The position numbers and the translations under genes are program-made. From Eledone cirrhosa (lineage: Eukaryota), in NCBI GenBank assembly GCA_964016885.1, contig OZ024742.1:315580001-315644000 (forward strand): a DNA stretch of 64,000 bases. The letters run 5' to 3'. Position 1 is the stretch's first letter. Every line of letters begins with the position of its first letter. Below are positions 25,341-41,048 of this stretch, in pieces. The notes below the pieces were generated by a model. It made no database searches and had not been told where the DNA came from. It saw nothing but the letters and a program-made list of their open reading frames with translations.

Positions 25341-27059
25341 TGTGTATATATATATATATATATATACGCATACACATACTGGTGTTGTTTAGCCAGAGAT
25401 TAGCTATATCAGGACTGACCCATTAACGCCAACCGCAACCATCCTATGTTTTTGTAAATTTATTACTACTCTATCCAATGTGCCTTTCATTTTTTTTTTA
25501 ATGAATGTAGAGTGGGTTATGAGGAAATGTTGCTGCTGTTTCTAACAGGTGCATCGACCATGTAGAGGTTTCTTTGTTTACCTCGTATATATATATTGTG
25601 TATTTATGTATAATGTAACATATAATCGTTTTATGGCCGTTTTCCATGCAGGCATGGGTTCGGCGGGTCGTCACGGGACTGGTCAGATAAGTATTTTGGT
25701 TCCCACATTCTATATCTTGACATGGTTTAAACTACTGAATGCCCTTCCTAACACCAACCTATACAGTTTAGTGGGTGCATTCCATTGATGTTATCCTGCT
25801 CAGTGCAGGCTACAAGGGATCTGTCCATTCTATCTAGTTACCGTTCTCTCACATTTACTTTTAGAGTCGCCAGTCATCACGATCTCCTTATATTGTGTTC
25901 GTTATATTAAAAAAACACGACTGTGTTCAAATGTATCTTCATGTTTCTTGCTGTTGACGAAACAGCTATGACGACAGCTATTGTGTATTTGTACGTATAA
26001 ATGAATGTTTATTACAAAACTCAAAATTAATTGTTATTGTCTATCGTTTATGAAATTGTTATTATCTATGATGATAATGCTGATGATATTCACTGTATGT
26101 ATCTGTGTAGGTATGCATGTATGTGCGTACACAATGAAAATAAATGCTGCTATTGTGTTCGTTCGTGGTTGTTTTAAAGTAATGTCTAGTCTTGGACAGA
26201 CGATACATCCCACGCACACTGACAGTCGCCCAGTCACCCACGCGCCTATTCACACAAACGGCCAGACAAACCCCCTATACACCCACATATTCTCTCTTTC
26301 GTTCTCCTCTCTCTCTCTCACACACGCGCATAACTGCAATCGTATATAAAATAAAAATACGCAAACAAGCAAATACGCCTATATAATAAAGCTACCACGT
26401 AAACAATTTTCTTTAAATTGTGCTGATAATATATTTTGCCTTTCCCTCTTAAATACTAATCAAAATTCAATAAAATAACAATCAAGAACCCCGTAATACT
26501 CTAATTTAAACCGACTCATGTCATTTACACTACTACTTCTGAATTTCATAACATAAACCTAAGTTCATGCCTTTCTCAAATCATGAAGTGAATTAAGTTT
26601 TAACCTGGGATCGAAACTGGCCTTACACGAGCCTGAAAGGTCTTGTGACTAATAAATAGAAATCGATAGATTTACACATGACTATGCGTCCATACACTCA
26701 CGAACAAACACACGAACACAGTTTGTAGTAAGTTACACGTTAAACCAAGAATGAGTACACGCGTTCTCATACGTATGTAGCATGATGCAATAGCTGAGTA
26801 TAAATAACAAAAATAATAACTAAGTATCGCTAACAACTAGTGATTCATTGGCTGTCACTCCTAAACTCACAAGAATGGACGAATGAAGTATATTGTGGTG
26901 ATGGAGGGGAGTTAGTTTAGGTGGCATATCGTGGATATTGTTAGGGAGATGGTGGAGAGAAAGTACCCACCCAGTATATGAAACAAGATCTGAATCCAAA
27001 GGGTGCGAGAGCATTGTTTAACAGGGCGCATCTATAATCAAAAGTGACCACCTGCGTCT

Positions 27060-27908
27060 TGTCTATCTAGGACTACATTCTCAAATTATAAGGTGATTTA
27101 ATGGAAATGTGGTTGCTATTTTATTCAGGTCGATCGACCGTGTGAAGACGATGTTTGGTCGAGGAGTGAACTTGTTTTTATGGTGGCGGCTCATAAAATG
27201 CATCTTAGAAGTAAATTTTGGTACAATAGCGTAGTGAAAAGAAAATTTGGCTAGACAAGAACTTCAATAAAAGTACGTCTTCTTCTCGATCGTTTGACCT
27301 GCTAGAAATAGCAGTCAAATCATCCTTAAACACACCATACCATTTTTAATAAACATTGAATCATGTATGCAAAAAGATGGCTAAAGCAGTCCATCGGGTC
27401 TAAACACGAACTGAAAGTACTATACAACACTGAACCAAACAAACATGTTATGTAGCTTCAGTTGTTTAGTCAGGTAAGCTCTGATCAAACAGATTTTGTG
27501 TCAAAGCTTATTCCAACTGTAAACATGCCGTCGTTTTTTTGTTTTTTTTTTAAATCTCGAAACTATCTACATTATCCAATGGGTCCTTCCAAATTTAAGA
27601 CGGCATAAGGCGTGCGTGATTTGAGGAAATATTTTAGCTGCTATTTTTTAACATGCCGAGCAACCACATAAGATGTTCCTTACTTTCCATTTTGAGGTAG
27701 AAATCCGAACAAAACTAAAGGCGTGTACATCTGCCCCACATTTCTAAACAAACCTTTTCTTTTCACCGCTAAATCTGTCTAATACCTTCTATCTATCAAA
27801 CTTACTCTTTCTTTATCCACCCCATAACTCTGTAAACACATAATATATCTTTATTTCATCTAATCTTTTATCTTTTTCTCGCGTATATATGTAACACAAA
27901 TATGTGTA

Positions 27909-27943
<35 letters not shown>

Positions 27944-28643
27944 TATTTACGGATATTCTATAGGTATCGTACAAGTATATGTTGCTGTTTAATCACAACA
28001 CAAATCCTGATCAGAATTCCAGTCGTTATGATTATTCTTTTTTTTTTTCAAGGTGGTATGTGAGGATGATTTGGCTACTACTTCTAGCAAGTCGAACCAT
28101 CACGCAGACTCCCTCGTTAACTCATGCGCACGCATTAATGATTTGTGTAGGTAGTATAATATATACAACAGACGTGTTAATGTTATACACACGTGTATAA
28201 ACTATTATATATAAAATTTTTGTCAACTTCAGTAAGAAAGATTTTATTGTTTTCACCCCCCACACACGCGTGTCTAAATATATATAATTTTATATTATAT
28301 ATTTTTTATACCAAACATGTTTTTACATTGTGGGTGGGTATATATATATATATCATTTATATATATATATATATATTACACACACAAAGACGTTGAATTA
28401 CACAATCCCCGAAACAGCACACGTGCATGCCTATAGTAAACGAATCGTTTCTCGCATGTAACCATGAGAAAGTGGTAGTCGTGATTATGGTGGTGCTGGT
28501 GGGTTAAGCTGTATAGACTATGTATATATAAGGCAATGATGTGTATGCATCATGCATACTCAGAGAGTATAAGCAGCAGATGTAGTAGTAGTAGTAGTGG
28601 TGCTGGTATAAATAATTTTTCTTTTACAAAAGGGCAGATACCT

Positions 28644-28690
<47 letters not shown>

Positions 28691-28820
28691 AGATCAAAAG
28701 GTGGTTAAAAGAGTTCCATGTATTTTATTAAATTATGTATACTCCAGTCCTACAAACTGTAGAGTGCTTCTTATCCGATATCTGCATTGCTTTATTGTAC
28801 TACAATAAAACTCACCTCCT

Positions 28821-28874
<54 letters not shown>

Positions 28875-30190
28875 CACTCATACAAACTATTCAAATATAC
28901 AAGGATGTCATTTAGCCCCGGGTCAGCCCTAGTTGAGCAGACCTATGATCAAAGGCGTTACAGCCATGGCCATGTGGGATTACATTATATATGTGTTCTT
29001 TTCTATTGTTAAGACCATAGTGTCATTTGAGGGATTTCGATGTTATTTCGTGCAAATCAAATGTCCACGCAGAGGATCTCGACTCCTCCCGTAAGATTGT
29101 TTAACCTAACACGAGATCAGTTCTAAGTGGACTTATGATCCTGATCCATCTCGCATTTTTTAGGTGTAACTTATTTAAGGGTCGAGCTCATTCGATATAA
29201 TGTTCAGTCCCAGGTCAGTATGGATCGAGTAGGTCTAGCTAGGATCAAAGGCGAAAAATCTAACCATCCCATCTCTTTGTAATTTTTAAAACTGGAATTT
29301 GACCAAAGCGATTTCTTGAGCGAGTGTGTAGAGATTCGTTCGCGCGTCGAGAGAAAGTGACTAGGGTGACTGGGGTTGCAGGCGAGGAAATGAATGAATT
29401 GCTATTAAATGTTGCCGTCAGTGGAGGGAGGTAGACAAAAAAGGTTATCGGTAACAAGAGCTGACATGAGTTCAACGAGTGGTTAACAGTGTGTGTGTGT
29501 GTAATCGCAGTTGTGTATAAAGATATACGCAATGACCACCATGTGAGTCAGAACGCCTTTACAACTACCTATTATTATATTACAAGAAATCGTCAATTCA
29601 TTGTCGTGTCAACGTCGTCATTGGATCAATACCTGCTAGAAATAGCAACTAAATCCTATTCTATGGTCTTTAAGACAAAGGAATAAGGAAAGACACGTTA
29701 AATAATGTAGTCCGAGTACACTGCTTTAAAATAAAAACATTTAATGCATCGCTAGAAATAGCAGCTAAATTTCATTCTACCATCGGAAATAAATAATGAA
29801 CACATTGGATTATATAGTCCAAGATAAGTGCTTCATAAAAAAAAAAGGGCGGGACGGTCATGATCTGAAAACTTTGAGCTGACCTTGGGCTAAACAAATT
29901 AACAATAGGAACCAGTCTATGTGGTTGTTTAACTTGCTAGAAAAAGCAGCTAAATATCCTACCTCAGAAAATAAAGAAGTAAACATTGGATGTAATAGTC
30001 CGGTTAGAGTATGCTTGGTTTGCCAGAAATAGCAGCCAAATCTCCTTCAAATCACACATTCCCGTCTTAAATAAGGATGGGTGAAAAGGTAGTTTCAGAT
30101 ATACCACGTCTGGAAATTTGACAGGCTAGTTATAATATGATCGTTTCTGATCATAAACATCCGCTCGATTAAGAGTTAAACACAAGACAT
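27060..30190. repeat. Dense cluster of an old dispersed repeat (GCTAGAAATAGCAGCCAAAT...ACATTGGATAA...GGGCTAAACAA), both orientations
   Basis: Motif recurs near 27300, 27640 (-), 28075 (-), 29040 (-), 29635, 29750, 29935 and 30022, and also near 7240, 20840 and 25540. Confidence 0.65.
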
Positions 30191-30199
30191 GAAATTACA

Positions 30200-30371
30200 G
30201 GGTCGGGCGCTAACCTTTGAAGCATAGAGTTACCTCCCTTTATGATCTGAGTTCAAATCCCGCCGAGGTTAACTTTGCCTTTCATCCTTACGGAGTCGAT
30301 AAAATAAAGTACCAAGTACCAGTAATGTACTGGGATAATTGCTGGCCTGGTGTCAAAATTAGAAACAATTA
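30200..30371 (+). mobile_element. SINE family 1 copy, 5' truncated
   Basis: GAGTTCAAATCCCGCCGAGGTTAACTTTGCCTTTCATCCTTACGG..AGAAACAATT. Confidence 0.85.
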
Positions 30372-32063
30372 AATTACATTAAATTAGAGGACTTAATAAA
30401 TGGTCTGCGTCGGCAAATACTTGTAACTTTTTCGGCGTTCATCCGGGATGGCTTGAACAGGCTCGAAACTGAATTTATATCATTGCAAACAGAAAAGCCG
30501 ACGACCACACTCGGCGATCAGATGTCCGATGCGAAGATAGAGAATCAAATATCGATTCAACATCTGAATTGATCATACTTAATTTCGGCTGCTAACTTGG
30601 TTCTTTTCCGTTTGACACGTGATTAGAATTTATTGTGAATTTTTTTCACAGATCTGCATGCAGATTATGAATATCACAATAATTTTAAAGAAAAATTAAC
30701 ACAAAAGCGTAGCTGATAAATTATATTGGCTAAACAATTAATTTAGAAATTCAATTTTTAAAATAGCGTAACTTTTTTTAGTATTTAGTGTATATATTTC
30801 GCAAGATTCTAATATTCTAAATATGAAACCGCTTTGAAACATATTGTACTTTGGAAGAGTCGTTTATTTAATAACAACACGCGCACTGATAATTTCACTT
30901 TTATGTTAATTGCTTGTTTGACTTGTCGAAATCGTGCAAGTGTATGTTTCCATTTCTTAGCGTGATAATTAAGTATCTATCTCTGTATAATCCCCGGCAT
31001 GTCTTTGTATTGTCCCCTTTTCTTGTGCGCCCTTGTGGCTAATAAAGAAATATATCTCTGTATAATGGTAATTAGTATGGTGATGTGTGGCGATTCGTTT
31101 TTGTGCACTAACACACACACATATAAACTTGCGTATTCAATGGCGCTCATAAAAGTCTTAACATCCAGTTCCACCTAATGTAAGAAAGAAAACTTTTTCC
31201 GAGTTTTCTCAAAATCCAGAGAACCTAGCGTTACGCTTCCTCAAAAATACTGACGTACATAGACAATTGAACATAGGTTTGTTTGTTTTTTTAATGCAGA
31301 GATTGAAGAATCAATTGGCCGCATAAGATGCGAGCCCAGTGTATATATACTTTTGTTATTGGTAAAGTTATCTGGGTTCTGGGTAAGTAGCAGGTTGTTT
31401 TGTTGTATAGTTTCTTGTGGGAGTATATTATGCCTTAATTATGGGGGTGACAGTGAGCACTTATGTGTACGCGTGCGTGTATGCCTTTGTCTCTGTTTTT
31501 GTACACACGTGTATGTATATAGATTAATAGTGAAAGGATTTTATTTTATGCAACGTATGCGATAAAATATGCCCCTAGAATTTTTTAGTTTACTCGTTGG
31601 TTGTGTATATTTTGAGTGTCTTTCGTTTCACCTAAGACTTAATTCGTCGTTATGTGTAGCGTCGATAAACATTACTTACACCCAGGAATTTATACTGTTG
31701 TCATGCCTACAACGAACCCGGCTTGTCTATTTTTTTTCTTTTCCTTTTCCTTTCTAATTTGTGCAGATCCTTTTGAAAGAGATATAGCTGCTATTTCTAC
31801 CAGTCTCTCTCGCCCTCATTCGCTGCTTGTGATGTACATTTTTTTTATGAAGGGATGCACTGTGTTCTGTATAATTTTGTGAAGCATCAGCTGTGTATAT
31901 GCGTGCGTAGTTTGATATATGTATATATATATATACACACACACACACGGAAGTATAGTATGTGTGGATGTATTTAGTCGGCTTAAAATTAATCATGTTA
32001 AATAATAATGTGCGTGATTAGAAGTGTGTGTGTGTATTTACATGCAATGTATATATATAAATG

Positions 32064-32101
<38 letters not shown>

Positions 32102-32552
32102 GCATATATATATATATATATTATGCATTGCATGTAAATACACACATTTTCATAGATGTGTATTTCTAATAGTCTGTGTTAAAGAACATCAACACACACA
32201 TAGGTTTCCATTTCTTTCTACACAGACTCATATCCATATATAGAGCAGTCTGTCTAACAGATACACAGTATATTATATATACATACATATTTTGCGTGTT
32301 GGGGTTGAGTACATATACACATTTTGCTTTATATAAACATGACACACGTGTTATATATATATGTGTGTACTGCTACTTTTCTCGCGTTAATTTAAACTAA
32401 CATTAAAAAGCTATGGTTAAAATCACCCCGAAAAAAATCGTGAAAAGAAAACTGATTAAATATTTTTGTTTTTGTTCCATTTCCATTGTTTTATTGAAGA
32501 TATCGAATAAAACGTAATTTTATTTTTTCAGACGTGTAAATGCCATTCATTA

Positions 32553-32729
32553 AGTATCGGGAGAGGGTTGGACGCCATGCTTTGATGCATAAAGTTACGG
32601 CCCTTGCCATTCTGAGTTCAAATCCCGCCGAGGTTAACTTTGCCTTTCATCCTTACGGGGTCGACAAAATAAAGTACCAGTAATGCACTGGATAATTGCT
32701 GGCCTTGTGCCAAAAGTAGAAACAATTAT
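32553..32729 (+). mobile_element. SINE family 1 copy
   Basis: Near-identical to 53594-53783. Confidence 0.9.
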
Positions 32730-32853
32730 ATAAAATTGCAGTCATTGTGTACAAGTCATATATTGTACGTTAATAACCAACTTAAAATATTTTTTGTTTG
32801 AAATGCGGCATTTTCCTAGCCATAATTTGTGACTTTATTTCCGTTCACCTTTA

Positions 32854-36900
<4,047 letters not shown>

Positions 36901-36909
36901 ATCATCATA

Positions 36910-37590
36910 TATTGGTTAATGTATTCTATCTTTACTAGTGTGTGTTTATATGTGTTTGTTGTTATTGTGCTTTTGTATGTATTTATTTATTTATTTATCT
37001 ATTTATACTTCTCTTAGGTCGGTGTTGTTATTCCATTCATTTTTTTCTGAAAAAAATGAATGGGAATAACAACAACACCCAAACAAACAACACTGACCTA
37101 AGAGAAATATAAATAAATAAATACATGGAGGCACATGGCTTAGTGGTTTAGAGGCATTGGCCTTGCAATTGAAAGGTTGTGAGTTCAATTCTCAGGACCG
37201 GGTGATGTGTTTGTTTTCCTTGAGCAAGACACTTTATTTCACATTGATCCAGTTTTACTCAGCTGTAGAAATGAGATGATAGGGGACTGGGGTCCATATC
37301 ATTCCCACTTCAAAGTGGGTCGTGCAGGTGCCACGGCAAAAAAGCACCCAGTACTCACTGTAAATGAGGTCAGGTGCCACGGCAAAAAAGCACCCAGTAC
37401 TCACTGTAAATGAGGTTGGTGTTAGGAAGGGCATCCAGCTGTAGAAATCAAGCCAAAATCAGTTCCCGTCCCACCCTTGCAAGCAGGGAAAAAGCGGACG
37501 TAAAATGAAATGATGATGATGATACACAAGCCCAATAACAACAAACACATATAAACACACACTAGTAAAGATAGAATAGATTAACCAATA
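36910..37590. repeat. Foldback palindrome (arms about 140 bp, centre 37048) whose right arm is interrupted by an insertion
   Basis: 36910-37047 is the reverse complement of 37049-37126 plus 37524-37590, with a few indels. Confidence 0.85.
37127..37523 (+). mobile_element. SINE family 2 head joined to an RTE family A-type 3' end with (GAT)n tail
   Basis: tRNA-like head TGGCTTAGTGGTTTAGAG..GAGTTCAATTC; a 46-bp tandem duplication at 37325-37416; GGTTGGTGTTAGGAAGGGCATCCAGCTG; GGACGTAAAA..GATGATGAT. Confidence 0.8.
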
Positions 37591-37635
37591 CACAGTCACC
37601 CAATCACGAACACACATCAAACAAAACACTATACA

Positions 37636-37922
37636 CACACGCAAACGCATGCGCAAAGAAGACATAAATAAATATATAAACAGACTAAATAAAGATGGCG
37701 TAGAAAATACAATGCAACGGGAGGAAACAATAGCACCACTGACGATGTTGCAGGTGTGCAACGAAAGAACTTTGATAAACTATATATATGTGTTTGTTTC
37801 TATATTGTATCTCTATTTTTGACCGTTGGTTAGTCAATGGCAACATTGAGGACCGAATAAATTAAATTAAGCGATATAAAAGACACAGAAGCGAAAAAGC
37901 GAAAACCAACCAAACAGTGAGT
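37636..37922 (+). promoter_or_regulatory. Candidate promoter or first exon
   Basis: NRF1-like ACGCATGCGC (37644-37653), YY1-like AAGATGGCG (37692-37700), local CpG retention and a GTGAGT donor at 37917. Motif evidence only. Confidence 0.3.
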
Positions 37923-38085
37923 GTGTTCTGTTATTAATTCTGGCAATATTACACAAATATGACCGTCCCCAAGTATAACAATATTTGTTTCGACACACGA
38001 TTTCATATCAAAAACCTCGCAAAACTAATTCATCGCCATTATGTATGTATATATATATATATGTATGTATATATATATATGTATG

Positions 38086-38148
<63 letters not shown>

Positions 38149-38293
38149 AATGATGCTTTGTATCATTGTATCTCTTTCTGTTGGTTTCCTCTCCTTAATT
38201 TGTCTTGTTTTCTTTCTATGCCCTCTTTCATTTTTTATATTAATTAAAATCTGTTTACCCCTATTCTTTTTACACTTCCTCCTCTAACATTCG

Positions 38294-38427
<134 letters not shown>

Positions 38428-38766
38428 ATCTGCTGGGATAAAAGTTGGTGGCTGTAGAGAGCTTGGAAGGCCCAAGTTAAAAATTAGTCACAAAACTGTA
38501 CTTTGAAGCCCTATGCACTTGCTCAATAATGCAGGTGTGTGTGTGCGTGTATGTATATATATATACATACAGACACACAGACACATATATACACACCTGG
38601 GGCACATTTATTTTTCAAGGGCGGGGCTCCAGTATGGCCTCCACCAGATGGCTGGAATAGGTAAAAGATTAAAGAGTATATATATCTATATATATATATA
38701 TGTATGTATCTATCTATCTATCTATCTAAATGTATGCATGTATCTATATGTATGCATGTATCTATA

Positions 38767-39149
38767 TGTCAAGGCAGAATTCTAGAAGGAAAACTCTGAT
38801 ATAACACCTGCAACCCTGATGGTATCCAATAATGTTGACTTGTTCTTCTTTTTGGTAAATATCATCTTGGTTAAGAGAGTGGGACTGGATTTGTGCATTG
38901 CCTTTGCTCACTATAAAAGCTTCACAGCACAGGCATTGCTTTATATCTGGAGATCTCTCTGCACTTGTCGTCACATGGTACCATGGGCCCAGCACTATGT
39001 GTCAATAATTGTCACAAGTGTAGTGTTTGTACCAGAGTTTTCAAGTCGCTGGCTGGACTAAAAAGTCACACTCGTTCAGCGCATTGGTAGGGGTTCTCCT
39101 ACATGGATATAAAGTAGTGGCCGTACTCGAAAACGAGTTGGCAGCCACT
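38767..39149. repeat. Fragment of an unclassified repeat; first 255 bp duplicated at 40664-40921
   Basis: TGTCAAGGCAGAATTCTAG...GTCACAAGTGTA is near-identical in both copies. Confidence 0.85.
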
Positions 39150-39258
39150 ATATGTATGTATGTATCTATATGTATGTATGTATCTATAAGTATCTATATA
39201 TATATCATCATCATCATCATCGTTTAACGTCCATTTTCCACGCTAGCAGGGGTCTGGA

Positions 39259-39259
<1 letters not shown>

Positions 39260-39346
<87 letters not shown>

Positions 39347-39655
39347 GTATATATATATGTATATATGTATATATATATATGTATATATATATATATGTAT
39401 ATATGTATGTATATATGTATGTATATATGTATATATATATATGTATATATATATATGTATATATGTATGTATATATGTATATATATATATGTATGTATAT
39501 ATATGTATATATGTATATATATGTATATATGTATATATTATATATGTATATATGTATATATATATATATATGTATATATGTATATATGTATATATGTATA
39601 TATATATATATATATGTATATATTTATATATATATATGTATATATGTATATATAT

Positions 39656-39688
<33 letters not shown>

Positions 39689-40008
39689 TATATGTATATA
39701 TGTATATATATATATGTATATATGTATATATATATATGTATATATATATATGTATATATGTATATATATATATGTATATATATATATGTATATATGTATA
39801 TATATATATGTATATATGTATATATATATATGTATATATGTATATATATATATATTTATATGTATATATATATGTATATATATATGTATATATATATGTA
39901 TATATGTATGTATATATGTATATATATATATGTATATATATATATGTATATATATATATGTATATATATATGTATATATATATATGTATATATATATGTA
40001 TATATATG

Positions 40009-40039
<31 letters not shown>

Positions 40040-40050
40040 GTATATATATG

Positions 40051-40097
<47 letters not shown>

Positions 40098-40108
40098 GTA
40101 TATATATG

Positions 40109-40139
<31 letters not shown>

Positions 40140-40312
40140 GTATATGTATGTATGTGTATGTATGTATGTATGTATGTATATATATATATGTATATATATA
40201 TATATGTATATATATATATGTATGTATGTGTATGTATGTATGTATGTATATATATATATGTATATATATATATATGTATATATATATATGTATGTATGTG
40301 TATGTATGTATG

Positions 40313-40344
<32 letters not shown>

Positions 40345-40364
40345 TGTATGTATGTGTATGTATG

Positions 40365-40396
<32 letters not shown>

Positions 40397-40485
40397 TGTA
40401 TGTGTATGTATGTTTGTGTATATATATATGTATATATATGTATGTATGTATGTATGTATATATATGTATGTATATACATATATAC
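39260..40485. repeat. (TA)nTG microsatellite array
   Basis: Directly visible. Confidence 0.97.
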
Positions 40486-40921
40486 AACCTGTCTCATGGT
40501 CGGGTCGTTGGCGACGAAACTGTCAACCCCACCAAGGTTTCTTGGTGAGGAGGGTGACTTTGGACATCCTGCAGGACTAAAAACAAAACCTGTCAAAGGG
40601 CAAAGGTGCTCTTAAGAGTCAATGGCCATCCAAAATCACCGGGAGAGATGACCCCTTAGCCTTTGTCAAGGCAGAATTCTAGGAGAAGGAAAACTCTGAT
40701 ATAACACCTGCAACCCTGATGGTATCCAATGATGTTGACTTGTTCTTCTTTTTGGTAAATATCATCTTGGTTAAGAGAGTGGGACTGGCTTTGTGCAGTG
40801 CCTTTGCTCACTATAAAAGCTTCACGGCACAGGCATTGCTTTATATCTGGAGATCTCTCTGCACTTGTCGTCACATGGTACCATGGGCCCAGCACTATGT
40901 GTCAATAATTGTCACAAGTGT
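40486..40921. repeat. Second fragment of the same unclassified repeat, with about 180 bp of extra upstream sequence
   Basis: Overlaps the 38767 copy in sequence; both are embedded in TA arrays. Confidence 0.8.
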
Positions 40922-40938
40922 ATGTATATATATATATG

Positions 40939-41006
<68 letters not shown>

Positions 41007-41048
41007 TATGTATCTATATATATATATATATGTATCTATATATATGTA

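Noticed and set aside
30390-30572. CpG-rich open frame (AFIRDGLNRLETEF...)
   Set aside because: No convincing start or splice sites and no recognisable homology.
31296-31345. Resemblance of AEIEESIGRI to the dynein roadblock light chain N-terminus
   Set aside because: Too short, the downstream residues diverge and the splice phase does not fit; no gene symbol assigned.
40500-40535. GTCG-TTGG-CGAC-GAAAC-T-GTC as a hammerhead candidate
   Set aside because: No CUGANGA upstream and stem III cannot close.
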